Part shown: positions 52,151-61,512 of the stretch, one piece after another
How positions within the stretch are numbered: position 1 is the stretch's first letter
Layout: each line of letters opens with the position of its first letter
Virus record (IMG/VR): IMGVR_UViG_3300027985_000843
Span: 62,001 to 126,000 of that record
Reading direction: 5' to 3' (one strand)
DNA: 64,000 nucleotides
Made by a program: the position numbers and the translations under genes
Notes under the pieces: model-generated
What the model was told of the DNA's origin: nothing
What the model saw: the letters and a program-made list of their open reading frames with translations, nothing else
The model's database searches: none

Positions 52151-53272
52151 TCACCACTCCACAATCAGCTGAGCTGACTTGCAGGTCACAGTGTTTCCGC
52201 CACCAGCTGTCGCGATCCATAGACGAGCCTCGAACACTCCCGCCCCCGTGAAGCCGGCAAAGGCGGCCGTTACCGTGGCCTCGACCATCGTAGCCACGAG
52301 AGCGTTGGAGCTGACCTCAGACCCGCTTACCGGGGCCGGGGAACCGCCTGCTAATGAGTCCGCAGTGTCAAACAGGTCGGCCGTAGCCTCGTAGCCAGCC
52401 GCCGCATTTGTGGTCTCCAAAACGCACCGGAACTTGATCGTTCTGGTCGCCGGCCATCGAGACGCATCGATGTAGTCAGCCCCGATGACGGTTGCCACAC
52501 CCGTGGTGTCTGTCGCCAGGTTCTTGTGCAGATCGTAGACAATCCGGTCAGGGATGTCGGCGTAGTTCGTGCCGTTCTTCGACGCCTGGATCCGTCCGTC
52601 GGTGTTGTTCCATCTGAACCCCGGCTGGTTCGACGAAGAGCTGTTCTGAAAGTACCAATACTTGTCCCCGGCATCCTCGTTGCCGAACCGAATGGCAGTC
52701 CCTCGAATCCAAGTTGCGGTGAACGAGGTCTTGCCAATGAGCGTTGTGTAGCTGCCCTTTGCAGTCTCAGCGTCTCCGATGACGATGCACGTGGTCGTGG
52801 TGGCACTGTCTACGCTGGCGTTGGACCCGACCAGGATGTTCGAGTTGCCAGAACAGGCAAGCGAATAACCGGCCCGGTACCCCATGCAGACGTTGTACGT
52901 ACCGTACATGTAGTACCCGGCATACGCCCCGTAGCCGGTACTGTAGTTTCCGGTCGAGTTGTAGTAGCCCGAGTAGTAGCCCATCCACGTCGAATAGAGC
53001 GAAGTCCAGAACGCCGCCTGTGTGTTGACCCCTAGGGCCGTCTTGTACGGGGAGACAGATTGCGTGTATCCAGTCGGGATCGTCGGCGGATACGTGTAGG
53101 TCCACCACCCGTTGGCGTCGTCCCACGAGATGATGTAGGTATCCCCGAGGTAAGCACCCTCCTCGACAGGGAGCCCTGCGATCGTTTCCACGGCCGCGCA
53201 ACCAAGGCCGAGAGGTATGTCCAGTGCCGAGACAACACCGAGTTGCGTGACCTTGTAAAGTCCAATGGGCAT
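52151..53272 (-). CDS. Tail-fibre/adhesin-like protein with Tyr/Gly-rich repeats
   Basis: GYYSGYYNSTGNYSTGYGAYAGY...GYRAGY...GNSNILVG repeats. Confidence 0.65.
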   Translation of the reverse strand: MPIGLYKVTQLGVVSALDIPLGLGCAAVETIAGLPVEEGAYLGDTYIISWDDANGWWTYTYPPTIPTGYTQSVSPYKTALGVNTQAAFWTSLYSTWMGYYSGYYNSTGNYSTGYGAYAGYYMYGTYNVCMGYRAGYSLACSGNSNILVGSNASVDSATTTTCIVIGDAETAKGSYTTLIGKTSFTATWIRGTAIRFGNEDAGDKYWYFQNSSSSNQPGFRWNNTDGRIQASKNGTNYADIPDRIVYDLHKNLATDTTGVATVIGADYIDASRWPATRTIKFRCVLETTNAAAGYEATADLFDTADSLAGGSPAPVSGSEVSSNALVATMVEATVTAAFAGFTGAGVFEARLWIATAGGGNTVTCKSAQLIVEW

Positions 53273-53284
53273 GAATCAACCTCT

Positions 53285-54805
53285 CTACGCCGGGCCGCCG
53301 CCACTAAGGTCTTCGAAGGCCGCTGTGATGAAATCCCCGTTGTAGGCCACGATGCCTCCCCACTTTCGAGCTGGCATCGTGTCCGTGAACAGGGAAACGC
53401 TCCACCCCACGGTGTCTATGACCGCCGCGTTGCCTCCTGAAACGGAACTCTGGGCATCGGTGACAAGGGCCACTCCAGAACCCAGGTCATCGAAGTGTAC
53501 GGTATCGGGCTGGGTCATCTCGCCCGAGGGCGATAGGTTCAGTGCGGCCCCGACCTGCGTGCAGGTGGTGTCGAACCGCATCAGGGTGGCGGCCTCTGTA
53601 GTCACGTAGACGTAGGTACCGTCGAAGGCAGAGTCCATACTGTTGCCTATCTCGACAGAAGCTGTGACCGTGAGAAGGTCGACAGGATTGAGCTTACGCA
53701 GCGTCGATATCCCCGACTTCCCAGTCAGCCACAGATAGCTACCGTAGTACCGAAGGTTTCTGGCACTGGCTGCCCAACCACCGTCACCATTGTAGTTGGA
53801 GACAGATGGCGTCACAGCACCAAAGGCAGCCCCCAGACAGGCCGCCGTGGACCACTTGAAGATGCCATCTCCTGTGTTGTCAAACCCGCAGGCGTAGAAG
53901 TTCCCCGCGTTGTCCGCGCACACCCCATTGAGGGTTGGACCAAGCCCAGCATCAACCAACGAGCCCCATCCAACAACTGTCCTGGTGGCCTTCGAGATGA
54001 TAGCTACGGCCCCTCTGTTCCAACACGAGCAGTAGATGTAGTCATCATCCTGCGCCATGGACCGCACACCGTACTGACCGTCCTTACCTATATTCACAGT
54101 GGTGATCAATGTGTTGTCGGTCAGGTCCATGACCCAAACAACAGCCTGCTCTGCGCTCGCTTCGTACCCGGGATGCTGTTGGGCGATCCACAAGATGTCC
54201 CCATCCCGAATGACCTCTCGTGGGTAGCTCGGGTTCACCTCGGGTGCCACCTTCACGAACAGGCCATTTTCGGCTGAGTCCGAGAGGGTTGCCCGCATGG
54301 TGTCGATACCAACCACCCGCTGCTGACTGTCGCTGGCCGGACTCCAGTCGGCAAGGTCCCCACCCAAGTTGGTGACCGTGAAACCGTTCTGCAAGAGGTC
54401 CTCTACGATGGCCTCCCAAACCTCGGACCAGGCTCTGTCGTTGACACCGTAGTCCGACTCCCCACCCTCCTCGTCAACGGCCGGGAGGGCCCATCCTCGG
54501 TCAGCCGCAGCCCCCACAGAGTCGTATCGAGCACGGATCACCTTGACGACCACGTCATCGTCCGTCGTAAGTTGGATCCGGTAGGTGCCCACTACGTCCG
54601 GCGTGATGCTTGCTGTAGCTGCGGTGGGATTCGAGATCGTGGCTTCACTCAGACGGGGAGCATTGAGAAGCTCCCACAGGTACGTCGTACCCGTGCCGCT
54701 GGAGGTCATGTCCACGACCTGGCCTAGCCAGATGTCGTTCCGCGCCTTCCCCGCAACACCAGGCCCGGCTCCGAGCGGTTGGTCGAAAGTGATCTCAGCA
54801 GCCAT
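53285..54805 (-). CDS. Structural protein: PKD/Ig-like N-terminus plus beta-propeller-like C-terminus
   Basis: YLWELL..P......SN.TAATAS.TPDV.GTY.IQLT; repeated blade-like units (DDYIYC, GSYLWL, GTYVYV). Confidence 0.65.
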   Translation of the reverse strand: MAAEITFDQPLGAGPGVAGKARNDIWLGQVVDMTSSGTGTTYLWELLNAPRLSEATISNPTAATASITPDVVGTYRIQLTTDDDVVVKVIRARYDSVGAAADRGWALPAVDEEGGESDYGVNDRAWSEVWEAIVEDLLQNGFTVTNLGGDLADWSPASDSQQRVVGIDTMRATLSDSAENGLFVKVAPEVNPSYPREVIRDGDILWIAQQHPGYEASAEQAVVWVMDLTDNTLITTVNIGKDGQYGVRSMAQDDDYIYCSCWNRGAVAIISKATRTVVGWGSLVDAGLGPTLNGVCADNAGNFYACGFDNTGDGIFKWSTAACLGAAFGAVTPSVSNYNGDGGWAASARNLRYYGSYLWLTGKSGISTLRKLNPVDLLTVTASVEIGNSMDSAFDGTYVYVTTEAATLMRFDTTCTQVGAALNLSPSGEMTQPDTVHFDDLGSGVALVTDAQSSVSGGNAAVIDTVGWSVSLFTDTMPARKWGGIVAYNGDFITAAFEDLSGGGPA

Positions 54806-54813
54806 GTGCTTCC

Positions 54814-57800
54814 TCAGCTAATCGAGACCTGGACCACTCCCGCTCCAGGGTCTCGTACAATGTGGTAGGTATGGTAGGCGCCATCGAGATAATCGAACGT
54901 GATCGAACCCAGGACGTTTCCATTGTTCAGGTCAATCACAAGAATGTAACGTTCTGCGAGCGGGGTCGTGATGAAAGCCAAGGCCACCGTCAGGTTCGGA
55001 GCCGACAATCCAGCTCGGATCTGCGTATCGTCCGTCCCCAAAGTTCCGTCATCCAACACCCGCATCCGGAACTGGGCCTCGGTCCGAAGGCCGGGGGCAT
55101 CGGGCAACGGAGTGTTGTTCCGATAGACCGTCTTCGTTCCTCCAGCGAGCGTGCCGTAGGTCAGAACACTTGAGAAGACCGTGGTGGTCACCTGGGCCGG
55201 GCTGTCGCTCACGAGCCCCCATGGGGTGGGAGCCGCCGTATCGTCCTCAGGCAGCACGTCGCCCTCGTAGGTCAGGCAGACTTCCTTCGTGTACTCCAGT
55301 TTCAAGCTCGGCATGCAGCCACAGCCGTCCGAGAAAGGCTTGATGAGTTCGGGCTCGCCCGTCGTCTGCTCGATGACGTCAAGACAGGAGTACAGCACAT
55401 CATCAGGCACGATGAGCTTGTATCTCAAGGCACCGTTGTTGAGCGTGAAGTCCCCCTCGTTGTTCAGAATGTCCTCGGGCTTGTTGAAGGCCGAAACGTA
55501 TTCCTGGACAGGGTAGGGGGCTCGCGTCTCGAACGCCTGCGTCAGAGGCACAAGAGGTGTCCCCTCATTGAGCGTCGTGAAGGCTCTCAAGGCAGGATCT
55601 GCGAGAAAGTCAGGATCCGTCTTCGGCACGATGCCCGTGGAGCTGCTCTTGTAGTCCGTCAGGTCATGAGGGATCTGTGTGTAGAGGCGCTCCGGTGAAG
55701 ACATGGCGTTCCACTGGTTCATGGTCTCGTGGTGAGGAACGATCCGAAGCTCCGTCGGCGACCTCGTGAGGCCGTATCGAACGAAGTCCCACGAGGACTG
55801 GGACAGATCCTCGACGGCGAAGGCACCGAAGGCGATGGCTGCGAGCCCGCCTGACAGGGTGCGAACAAGCCCCGACCCACTGGCGGGCAGATCGATCGCA
55901 TCGTAGCCAACCTGGACCAGCGGTTGAGTGCCGGCATCCAAGAACAGCGAGACCGTACCGGAAGAATCCCTCGCGAGCCGGTATTTGTGCTGTGTCGTCC
56001 AGTCCGTCTCTTCGGCGACCCGGTAGTCCACCTCTGAGGGCTGATGAGGGAAGGCCGCCGTCATCACCAGGGTGGTCGGGGTCGCCGCCGACACTTCGTA
56101 GATGCCCGTGTTGGGACCGTTGTCGATGATGACTTGGTCGCCAGCCACGACATTGGCCGCCACGAAGCTGGCATTGCTGTCGGTAAGCACGTTCCCGGCG
56201 ACTGTGGCGCCCCTTCCTGCGACTTTCATCGAGACGTGGTAGTCCCGGAGGGTCCCGGTGGTCGTGCCCTTCCAGAGGCCCACGTAGTGGCGTACATCGC
56301 TCCTCACCCGCCAAGCGTTGCAGTAGGCCCAGTCGATGACCGACTCGCTGCCAACACTTGCAGGGGTCGAGGCACCGAAGCTCACCTGGCCCGAGGGCGA
56401 AAGCCCAGGTGACGCAAAGGAGCTGTACGCGAGGCTGCCTGTGAACGTCCCGTCAACGAAGAGACTCACCAGGTCGCCCGAGGTGCTCTTTCGGAATCGG
56501 TACGTGTGGAACGCCCCGTCATCCCAGTTGAAGGCGAACCGGACAAGCACCGAGCCATCCGAATGGAGGGACACGTACTTGATGCCCAGGACCTCTTCGA
56601 GCAGGAGCCCTACGGACCGAGTCCCGTCGTAGACCTGACCAAAGGCCCCAGCATAGCCGCCAACGTCCAAGGTGTAGGACACGACCTTGCAACGGAACTC
56701 CAACATGTAGTCGATGGCTGCCGCGATGACCCTGTCGTCCGAGCCCGAAGGGGCAACGTCATCGAAGTAGTAGACCAGGCCATCCGTCGTCGACGCGTCG
56801 GTGATGCGGAGAATGCGGCCCGCCATCTCAGCCGTCTGCGTACCCGCCGAGAGCCACGAGAAGGGCGTGAAGTCCCCGGGGAGCGACCGACCGCCATAGC
56901 TGATCTTCGGAAGCTCTTGATCCGAGAGGAGGCACACCTGCATGAGGCGCGTGCCATCGTCGACAGCGAACATGAGCCCGTTGGGGTCGAAGCCGTGAGT
57001 GTAGGTCAGGAGTTGTACTTGAGCATCCACGACCAGCTCGGACGAGACTTCCAGGAGGGGCTCGAACCGCAGGTATCCGTGGAAGTCCCCTCCCAAAAGT
57101 CCCACGTCCGTCACATCCGACGCGCTCGTGGAGTCCAAGAGCAGGTAGTCCGACGACAAGATGGTGCTCGTCCCGTGGAAGCCAACCGGAGTCCACGGCT
57201 TCGAATCCATCTCCGGAACCACGTTGGCCTCGTAGTCGACGAAGCTCGAAGGCGATGTCTGAACAGGGTTCGTTGGCTGAGTGAGATAGCGGACGAAGTC
57301 CCAGTCCGAAGTGCTTCGGGCAGGACGAGAGAGGGAACCGAAGAACACCCCTTGGATGGCATCAAAGGGAGCGTTTAGCTCTTCGAGGAAGGGAAGATCA
57401 TCAGGAGACACCCGAAGGACTTCGTCGATGCTCCCGTCCACGTAGACACGGAGCACGCCATCGGTGCTGCGCATCACGCGGTAGCTGCGGATGACATTCC
57501 AGTCGATCTCGACCGGGGCATCCGTCGAATTACCGGAACCGTCCAAGCCACCAATCCAAGCCGTGACGTCTGAGGGATCGTCTCCGTAGCCCCTCTTGAG
57601 GATACCAAACTTCTTGACACCACCCTCTTCGAGGAATCCCACGATGAAGGCCACGTTGTCGTCAGAGTAACCCGCTGCCACGCCCGAGAACACGCCGGTG
57701 AACTCCGTGACCGTCGTGAGCGTGAACCTCCACGACAGGGCAAAGACGTGCGGGAAGGTCGTGTCAATCTCCCGCGTCCAGAAGATGGGCTGGCCCGTCG

Positions 57801-60069
57801 GATAGGGGCCCGAAGTGTCGTCCACCACGATGAGGTGACCGGACGAAATGGTCGCCGTGCCCACGCCCTTCCGCACCCAAGGATTGACCGTCAGGTTCTC
57901 GGGAAGGACCGAGCCCTCGTAGGCCACGAACTCCTCCGAGAGGAGTCGCTGAGGTGGGGGGTATGCGATCCGATGAATCGGCGTATTGAACACGAGTAGT
58001 GAGGGATCGTTGAAGACCGCCGTGTATGCTCGTTCGTACGCCCGGTAGTGAAGCTCCCGCTCCTCCGGTTGGTCGAGAAGGGCTCTCATATCATCCGGGT
58101 CGTAATCGCCCGGTCGGATGAGAACGTTGTTGTACCTGTACTGGTGCTGAGTTGGTGAGCCGGGTTGGCCGTAGTTACGGTTCCAGGCATTCATGCGGAA
58201 CTCAGCCGAATTGAATCGCCGAACGTCGACCGTGGGGTTGCAACACCAGGAATAGTCGATTGCGACGTCGTCAGAGGGGGCAGGAGCCGCTGAAAGAACA
58301 ATCTGGCCCAGGAGCCCAATGACGGCCTCTGGTGTCACAGGGGCGCCGTTGATTCGCACTGTGACGTCCGAGGGGTCGTCAGCAATGATTCCGTCTCTCG
58401 GATCGAAGACCTCCCACGAGAAGACTGTGACATCCGGCAAGGAGAAGCTCGCTTGGACGCGGACCTGGGTCGAGGTCACAACCGACGTGATTCGGTAGGT
58501 GCCGTCGTTGGTCGAAACGCCGCCGCTGTCCAGCGTAAGGAACATGCCCACATGATCGTTCGTGAGAGCTGCTCCCGTGAGGGTGATCAGGGCGAAGCTG
58601 TTGAAGGTCACCCCAGCTCCCGACTGGAGAGTGAGAGGGGGCTTCGCAATCGGGCCCTTGTCCGAGAAGATGCTACGAGGAGCCAGTGGCGCGGAGGCCA
58701 CCGAGAAGATGGCCGTGTTGTATGTCGGGTCGACTGGGTTGCCAGCGACATCCTTCGGGGTATTGGTCGAGACGGTCAGTGTGTAGTCCCCAGTGCCCAT
58801 ACCGCTCGTGTACAAGGCCACAATGTCCGTGGCACGAGAGGACACGCTTCGAACACCAACCGTGGTGGGTCCGGTGATGCTGTAATCGCTCGGATTGAAC
58901 AAGTTGTCCATGTCCGGCTGCATCGGCTGGTCGAACTGCACGAGAACGGCACCCTCGTCCCCTGTCATGGTGGTTCCAATGACTCGGGGGGCCCACACGA
59001 CAGACGGGTCCACGTAGGCATGACCACCGAAGTCAATACGCTCGCACGTCGTGGTGAGAAGGCGTTCTGCTGAGATCCGATAGGATTTTCCCGCCGTAAC
59101 CTTGGAAGTCTCGATGCGAATCTGCGTGACGCCGCTGATGACTCGCCATTCGACCTTGGCCGAGACTCTTGTCGTGGCGAACAACGTGGCCGTCTCACCG
59201 GGCCACGGCGTCAAGTTCGATGTCGTGACGGTGATGGTGTTGAAGGACGAGACCCCGATCGTTGGTGAAGGGATGGTCTTGTCGCCATCGCGCCGGGCCA
59301 GGTAGAGGACTTCGACGATCGGGTCCGCCAGAGTCAGCCGCGAGTCATCCAGACGGTACTCGTAGACCGTGTCGGTCAAGCCCACTGTCTTGCTCACGTA
59401 GGCCAACGGCCCCTGGACATAGCCGTTCAGGACGTCCATCAAGGGGAGCGGTCGCTCCAGCTCCAGAAGGATGGGCGCATCCCCCAGAGGGTTGATGCTG
59501 GCAATCTTGTGGATGCCCTGGTTGGTGCCGTTGGTGATCTCAAGGTACTGGCCGACCGGGCTGTAAGCCATAGCCGCCCTGTTCCCAGGGATGTTGAACA
59601 CCTTAGACTCAGTAGCTCCCTGGCTCCCATAGACGACATAGCCCGAAGACCCGGACTCGAAGACGTTGTACTCTCTGGTGAGCCTGAGAATCTTGGGAGG
59701 GACCCCGCCGTCGGTAGGCTCCACGCGCAGGGGGATGGTCGCCGCGACACCTCGGGGGGACCAGCTCAGGGGCTTGGGCAGGGTGACCCGGAAGAGCTGC
59801 GACGTAGGCGTACCTGCAAGCACGTCGACTTGGCTGAGCACTGTCGTTTCAGAGACCTCGACCATCTCGGAGATCTCTGTTGACTGGGTCTGCGCCACCG
59901 AAGCCGATTCGACGAGGGCAGCCGCTTCGCTTACGTTGACGTTCCTACCGAGGACCAGGGCCTCTGAGGTCGTGACGGTCTCGCCAATGGCCTCAGCGGT
60001 GCCCTGGGCCTCAGCTAGAGCTTCAGATGTGGTTACAGTCTCACTGCCCCCACCCGGATAATCGGCCAT
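54814..60069 (-). CDS. Very large baseplate/tail structural protein (1751 aa)
   Basis: Ig-like and repeated lectin/LamG-like blocks (Y.G..LPE...PW; W....H.YR..R). Confidence 0.75.
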   Translation of the reverse strand: MADYPGGGSETVTTSEALAEAQGTAEAIGETVTTSEALVLGRNVNVSEAAALVESASVAQTQSTEISEMVEVSETTVLSQVDVLAGTPTSQLFRVTLPKPLSWSPRGVAATIPLRVEPTDGGVPPKILRLTREYNVFESGSSGYVVYGSQGATESKVFNIPGNRAAMAYSPVGQYLEITNGTNQGIHKIASINPLGDAPILLELERPLPLMDVLNGYVQGPLAYVSKTVGLTDTVYEYRLDDSRLTLADPIVEVLYLARRDGDKTIPSPTIGVSSFNTITVTTSNLTPWPGETATLFATTRVSAKVEWRVISGVTQIRIETSKVTAGKSYRISAERLLTTTCERIDFGGHAYVDPSVVWAPRVIGTTMTGDEGAVLVQFDQPMQPDMDNLFNPSDYSITGPTTVGVRSVSSRATDIVALYTSGMGTGDYTLTVSTNTPKDVAGNPVDPTYNTAIFSVASAPLAPRSIFSDKGPIAKPPLTLQSGAGVTFNSFALITLTGAALTNDHVGMFLTLDSGGVSTNDGTYRITSVVTSTQVRVQASFSLPDVTVFSWEVFDPRDGIIADDPSDVTVRINGAPVTPEAVIGLLGQIVLSAAPAPSDDVAIDYSWCCNPTVDVRRFNSAEFRMNAWNRNYGQPGSPTQHQYRYNNVLIRPGDYDPDDMRALLDQPEERELHYRAYERAYTAVFNDPSLLVFNTPIHRIAYPPPQRLLSEEFVAYEGSVLPENLTVNPWVRKGVGTATISSGHLIVVDDTSGPYPTGQPIFWTREIDTTFPHVFALSWRFTLTTVTEFTGVFSGVAAGYSDDNVAFIVGFLEEGGVKKFGILKRGYGDDPSDVTAWIGGLDGSGNSTDAPVEIDWNVIRSYRVMRSTDGVLRVYVDGSIDEVLRVSPDDLPFLEELNAPFDAIQGVFFGSLSRPARSTSDWDFVRYLTQPTNPVQTSPSSFVDYEANVVPEMDSKPWTPVGFHGTSTILSSDYLLLDSTSASDVTDVGLLGGDFHGYLRFEPLLEVSSELVVDAQVQLLTYTHGFDPNGLMFAVDDGTRLMQVCLLSDQELPKISYGGRSLPGDFTPFSWLSAGTQTAEMAGRILRITDASTTDGLVYYFDDVAPSGSDDRVIAAAIDYMLEFRCKVVSYTLDVGGYAGAFGQVYDGTRSVGLLLEEVLGIKYVSLHSDGSVLVRFAFNWDDGAFHTYRFRKSTSGDLVSLFVDGTFTGSLAYSSFASPGLSPSGQVSFGASTPASVGSESVIDWAYCNAWRVRSDVRHYVGLWKGTTTGTLRDYHVSMKVAGRGATVAGNVLTDSNASFVAANVVAGDQVIIDNGPNTGIYEVSAATPTTLVMTAAFPHQPSEVDYRVAEETDWTTQHKYRLARDSSGTVSLFLDAGTQPLVQVGYDAIDLPASGSGLVRTLSGGLAAIAFGAFAVEDLSQSSWDFVRYGLTRSPTELRIVPHHETMNQWNAMSSPERLYTQIPHDLTDYKSSSTGIVPKTDPDFLADPALRAFTTLNEGTPLVPLTQAFETRAPYPVQEYVSAFNKPEDILNNEGDFTLNNGALRYKLIVPDDVLYSCLDVIEQTTGEPELIKPFSDGCGCMPSLKLEYTKEVCLTYEGDVLPEDDTAAPTPWGLVSDSPAQVTTTVFSSVLTYGTLAGGTKTVYRNNTPLPDAPGLRTEAQFRMRVLDDGTLGTDDTQIRAGLSAPNLTVALAFITTPLAERYILVIDLNNGNVLGSITFDYLDGAYHTYHIVRDPGAGVVQVSIS

Positions 60070-60149
60070 CAGGCTGCCTTTCGAGGCTCCAACACCCTCA
60101 CGTCAACAATCACCTTGACTCTCTAAGTGACCGTAATCACTCAGGAAGT

Positions 60150-60662
60150 TCAACCCAGGGTAATTGTATACGTGAGCGTCAAAGTGTCGTTGGTCGCCAA
60201 GGTACGCTGAGTGAACAGAACCTCGTGGGCCATGACGCCCGCCGACACCGCCGTGAACAGAGCAGACTTCTGGACTGCTTGCGAAGCTCCGGTGTAGGTG
60301 AAGACCTTCGTCACCATCGTCTGGTTGCCAGAACCAGTAGCGAGGGTCACGGTCCCCTGGGCTCGCGTCAGACCGTCCGCCGCCAGTTCCGACGTGAGAG
60401 TCGTGTCCGTCTCGGCGACCGCCGTGGCGTCGTTGGACAAGCCGATGAAGTTGAAGCCGTTGGTCAGGATGCCGCCACCCGCCGTGGTGTCGTAGCACTG
60501 GGTGTGCAGCTGGACCCGGCCGGCGTTGGTGATCAGGTTGTGGACAACCTCGTCCTCGTCCACTTCCTTCCGAAGCCAGATGCCTCTGACCTCGTCGAAG
60601 TCGTAAGCCACTTCATGGTGCACGCGAACGGCTGCCCGGGGGCCTGTCATGATGATCTGCAT
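60150..60662 (-). CDS. Small baseplate/tail protein
   Basis: AGGAG SD then ATG 60662; NLITNAG...IGL.ND....DTTL..E....GL.R pattern. Confidence 0.7.
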   Translation of the reverse strand: MQIIMTGPRAAVRVHHEVAYDFDEVRGIWLRKEVDEDEVVHNLITNAGRVQLHTQCYDTTAGGGILTNGFNFIGLSNDATAVAETDTTLTSELAADGLTRAQGTVTLATGSGNQTMVTKVFTYTGASQAVQKSALFTAVSAGVMAHEVLFTQRTLATNDTLTLTYTITLG

Positions 60663-60686
60663 TGGTGTCTCCTGTTCAGGCCAGCT

Positions 60687-60699
60687 CATAAATAGAACT
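60687..60699 (-). promoter_or_regulatory. Class B motif AGTTCTATTTATG
   Basis: Intergenic, upstream of structural gene ATG 60662. Confidence 0.45.
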
Positions 60700-60703
60700 G
60701 GTT

Positions 60704-61510
60704 TCAAAAATCCGAAGAGTGGTCTTCGCCCGTGACGGTCTGGTTGACCTTCTTGCCCAAGCGGTCCCGGTCCCGCATGCCACACCAGTAAGACCGGAAG
60801 TCCTCGTAGTAGTAGCTCGCCATCCGCCACCGATACTCGTCCAGGACTCTCCCCGTCGGGTCGTTGGGGTTGTAGTTGTCGGTGAAGATGTACCGAATCC
60901 TGAACAAGGTGTGGGCGGGCCGGATGATGTCCAGGATGAGCTTGAGGGCCCGTTGCAGCTCGAACAGATTGGACGGGAAGACCCCGCCCGTCAGGATGTC
61001 CACCCGGAACCCAAACTGATCCGAGATGTCGAGACCCGAAGCCCCCTCCCGCTGCAACACGAAGTTCTCGTAGACCGTACCGCTGTCGAAGAACAGGTCG
61101 GAGGCATCCTGCATCGAGTCAGGAATCGAGCCCTGAAAGTAGATGCGGATGATGTTGATCAGGAAGGTCCGGAACTCCTCATCGTCAAACTCCAGGCCAG
61201 GCAGACGGCCATTGAGGAACACGAGGTAGCCGATCATCGAATACAGGAAGTCGGACCTGGTTTTCGTGAAGTCCAGGTCCATGTTCGCGTCTTCGAGAGC
61301 CAACTCGATCTTCGCCAGCTCGACCGCCACCGCCTTGACTTCGAGCGTGTAGTTCGGCCCCTGGATGGTGCTGATGTAGTTCGACGGCAGTAGCCCTAGA
61401 AGCGTCGAAAACACCGTCTGAGCACGTTGCAAGACCCGGAGGTTGTACTCCTTGCCTCGCCGCTCGATGTTGAAATTTACCCGAGCTGGATCGATCGTAA
61501 AGCGTGCCAT
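60704..61510 (-). CDS. Baseplate wedge protein (tail protein I / gp7-like)
   Basis: LP.NY......., DFLY..IG, IIRPAHT motif; follows baseplate J-like gene. Confidence 0.7.
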   Translation of the reverse strand: MARFTIDPARVNFNIERRGKEYNLRVLQRAQTVFSTLLGLLPSNYISTIQGPNYTLEVKAVAVELAKIELALEDANMDLDFTKTRSDFLYSMIGYLVFLNGRLPGLEFDDEEFRTFLINIIRIYFQGSIPDSMQDASDLFFDSGTVYENFVLQREGASGLDISDQFGFRVDILTGGVFPSNLFELQRALKLILDIIRPAHTLFRIRYIFTDNYNPNDPTGRVLDEYRWRMASYYYEDFRSYWCGMRDRDRLGKKVNQTVTGEDHSSDF

Positions 61511-61512
61511 CC

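Noticed and set aside
52860-53010. Diversity-generating retroelement variable region
   Set aside because: TAC/AAC-rich, but no reverse transcriptase and no near-identical template repeat in the window, and the segment is not C-terminal.
60070-60149. Small inverted repeats (GTGA/TCAC, GTCAA/TTGAC) in an intergenic gap as ncRNA or terminator
   Set aside because: Stems are only 4-5 bp with no U-tract, which is insufficient evidence.
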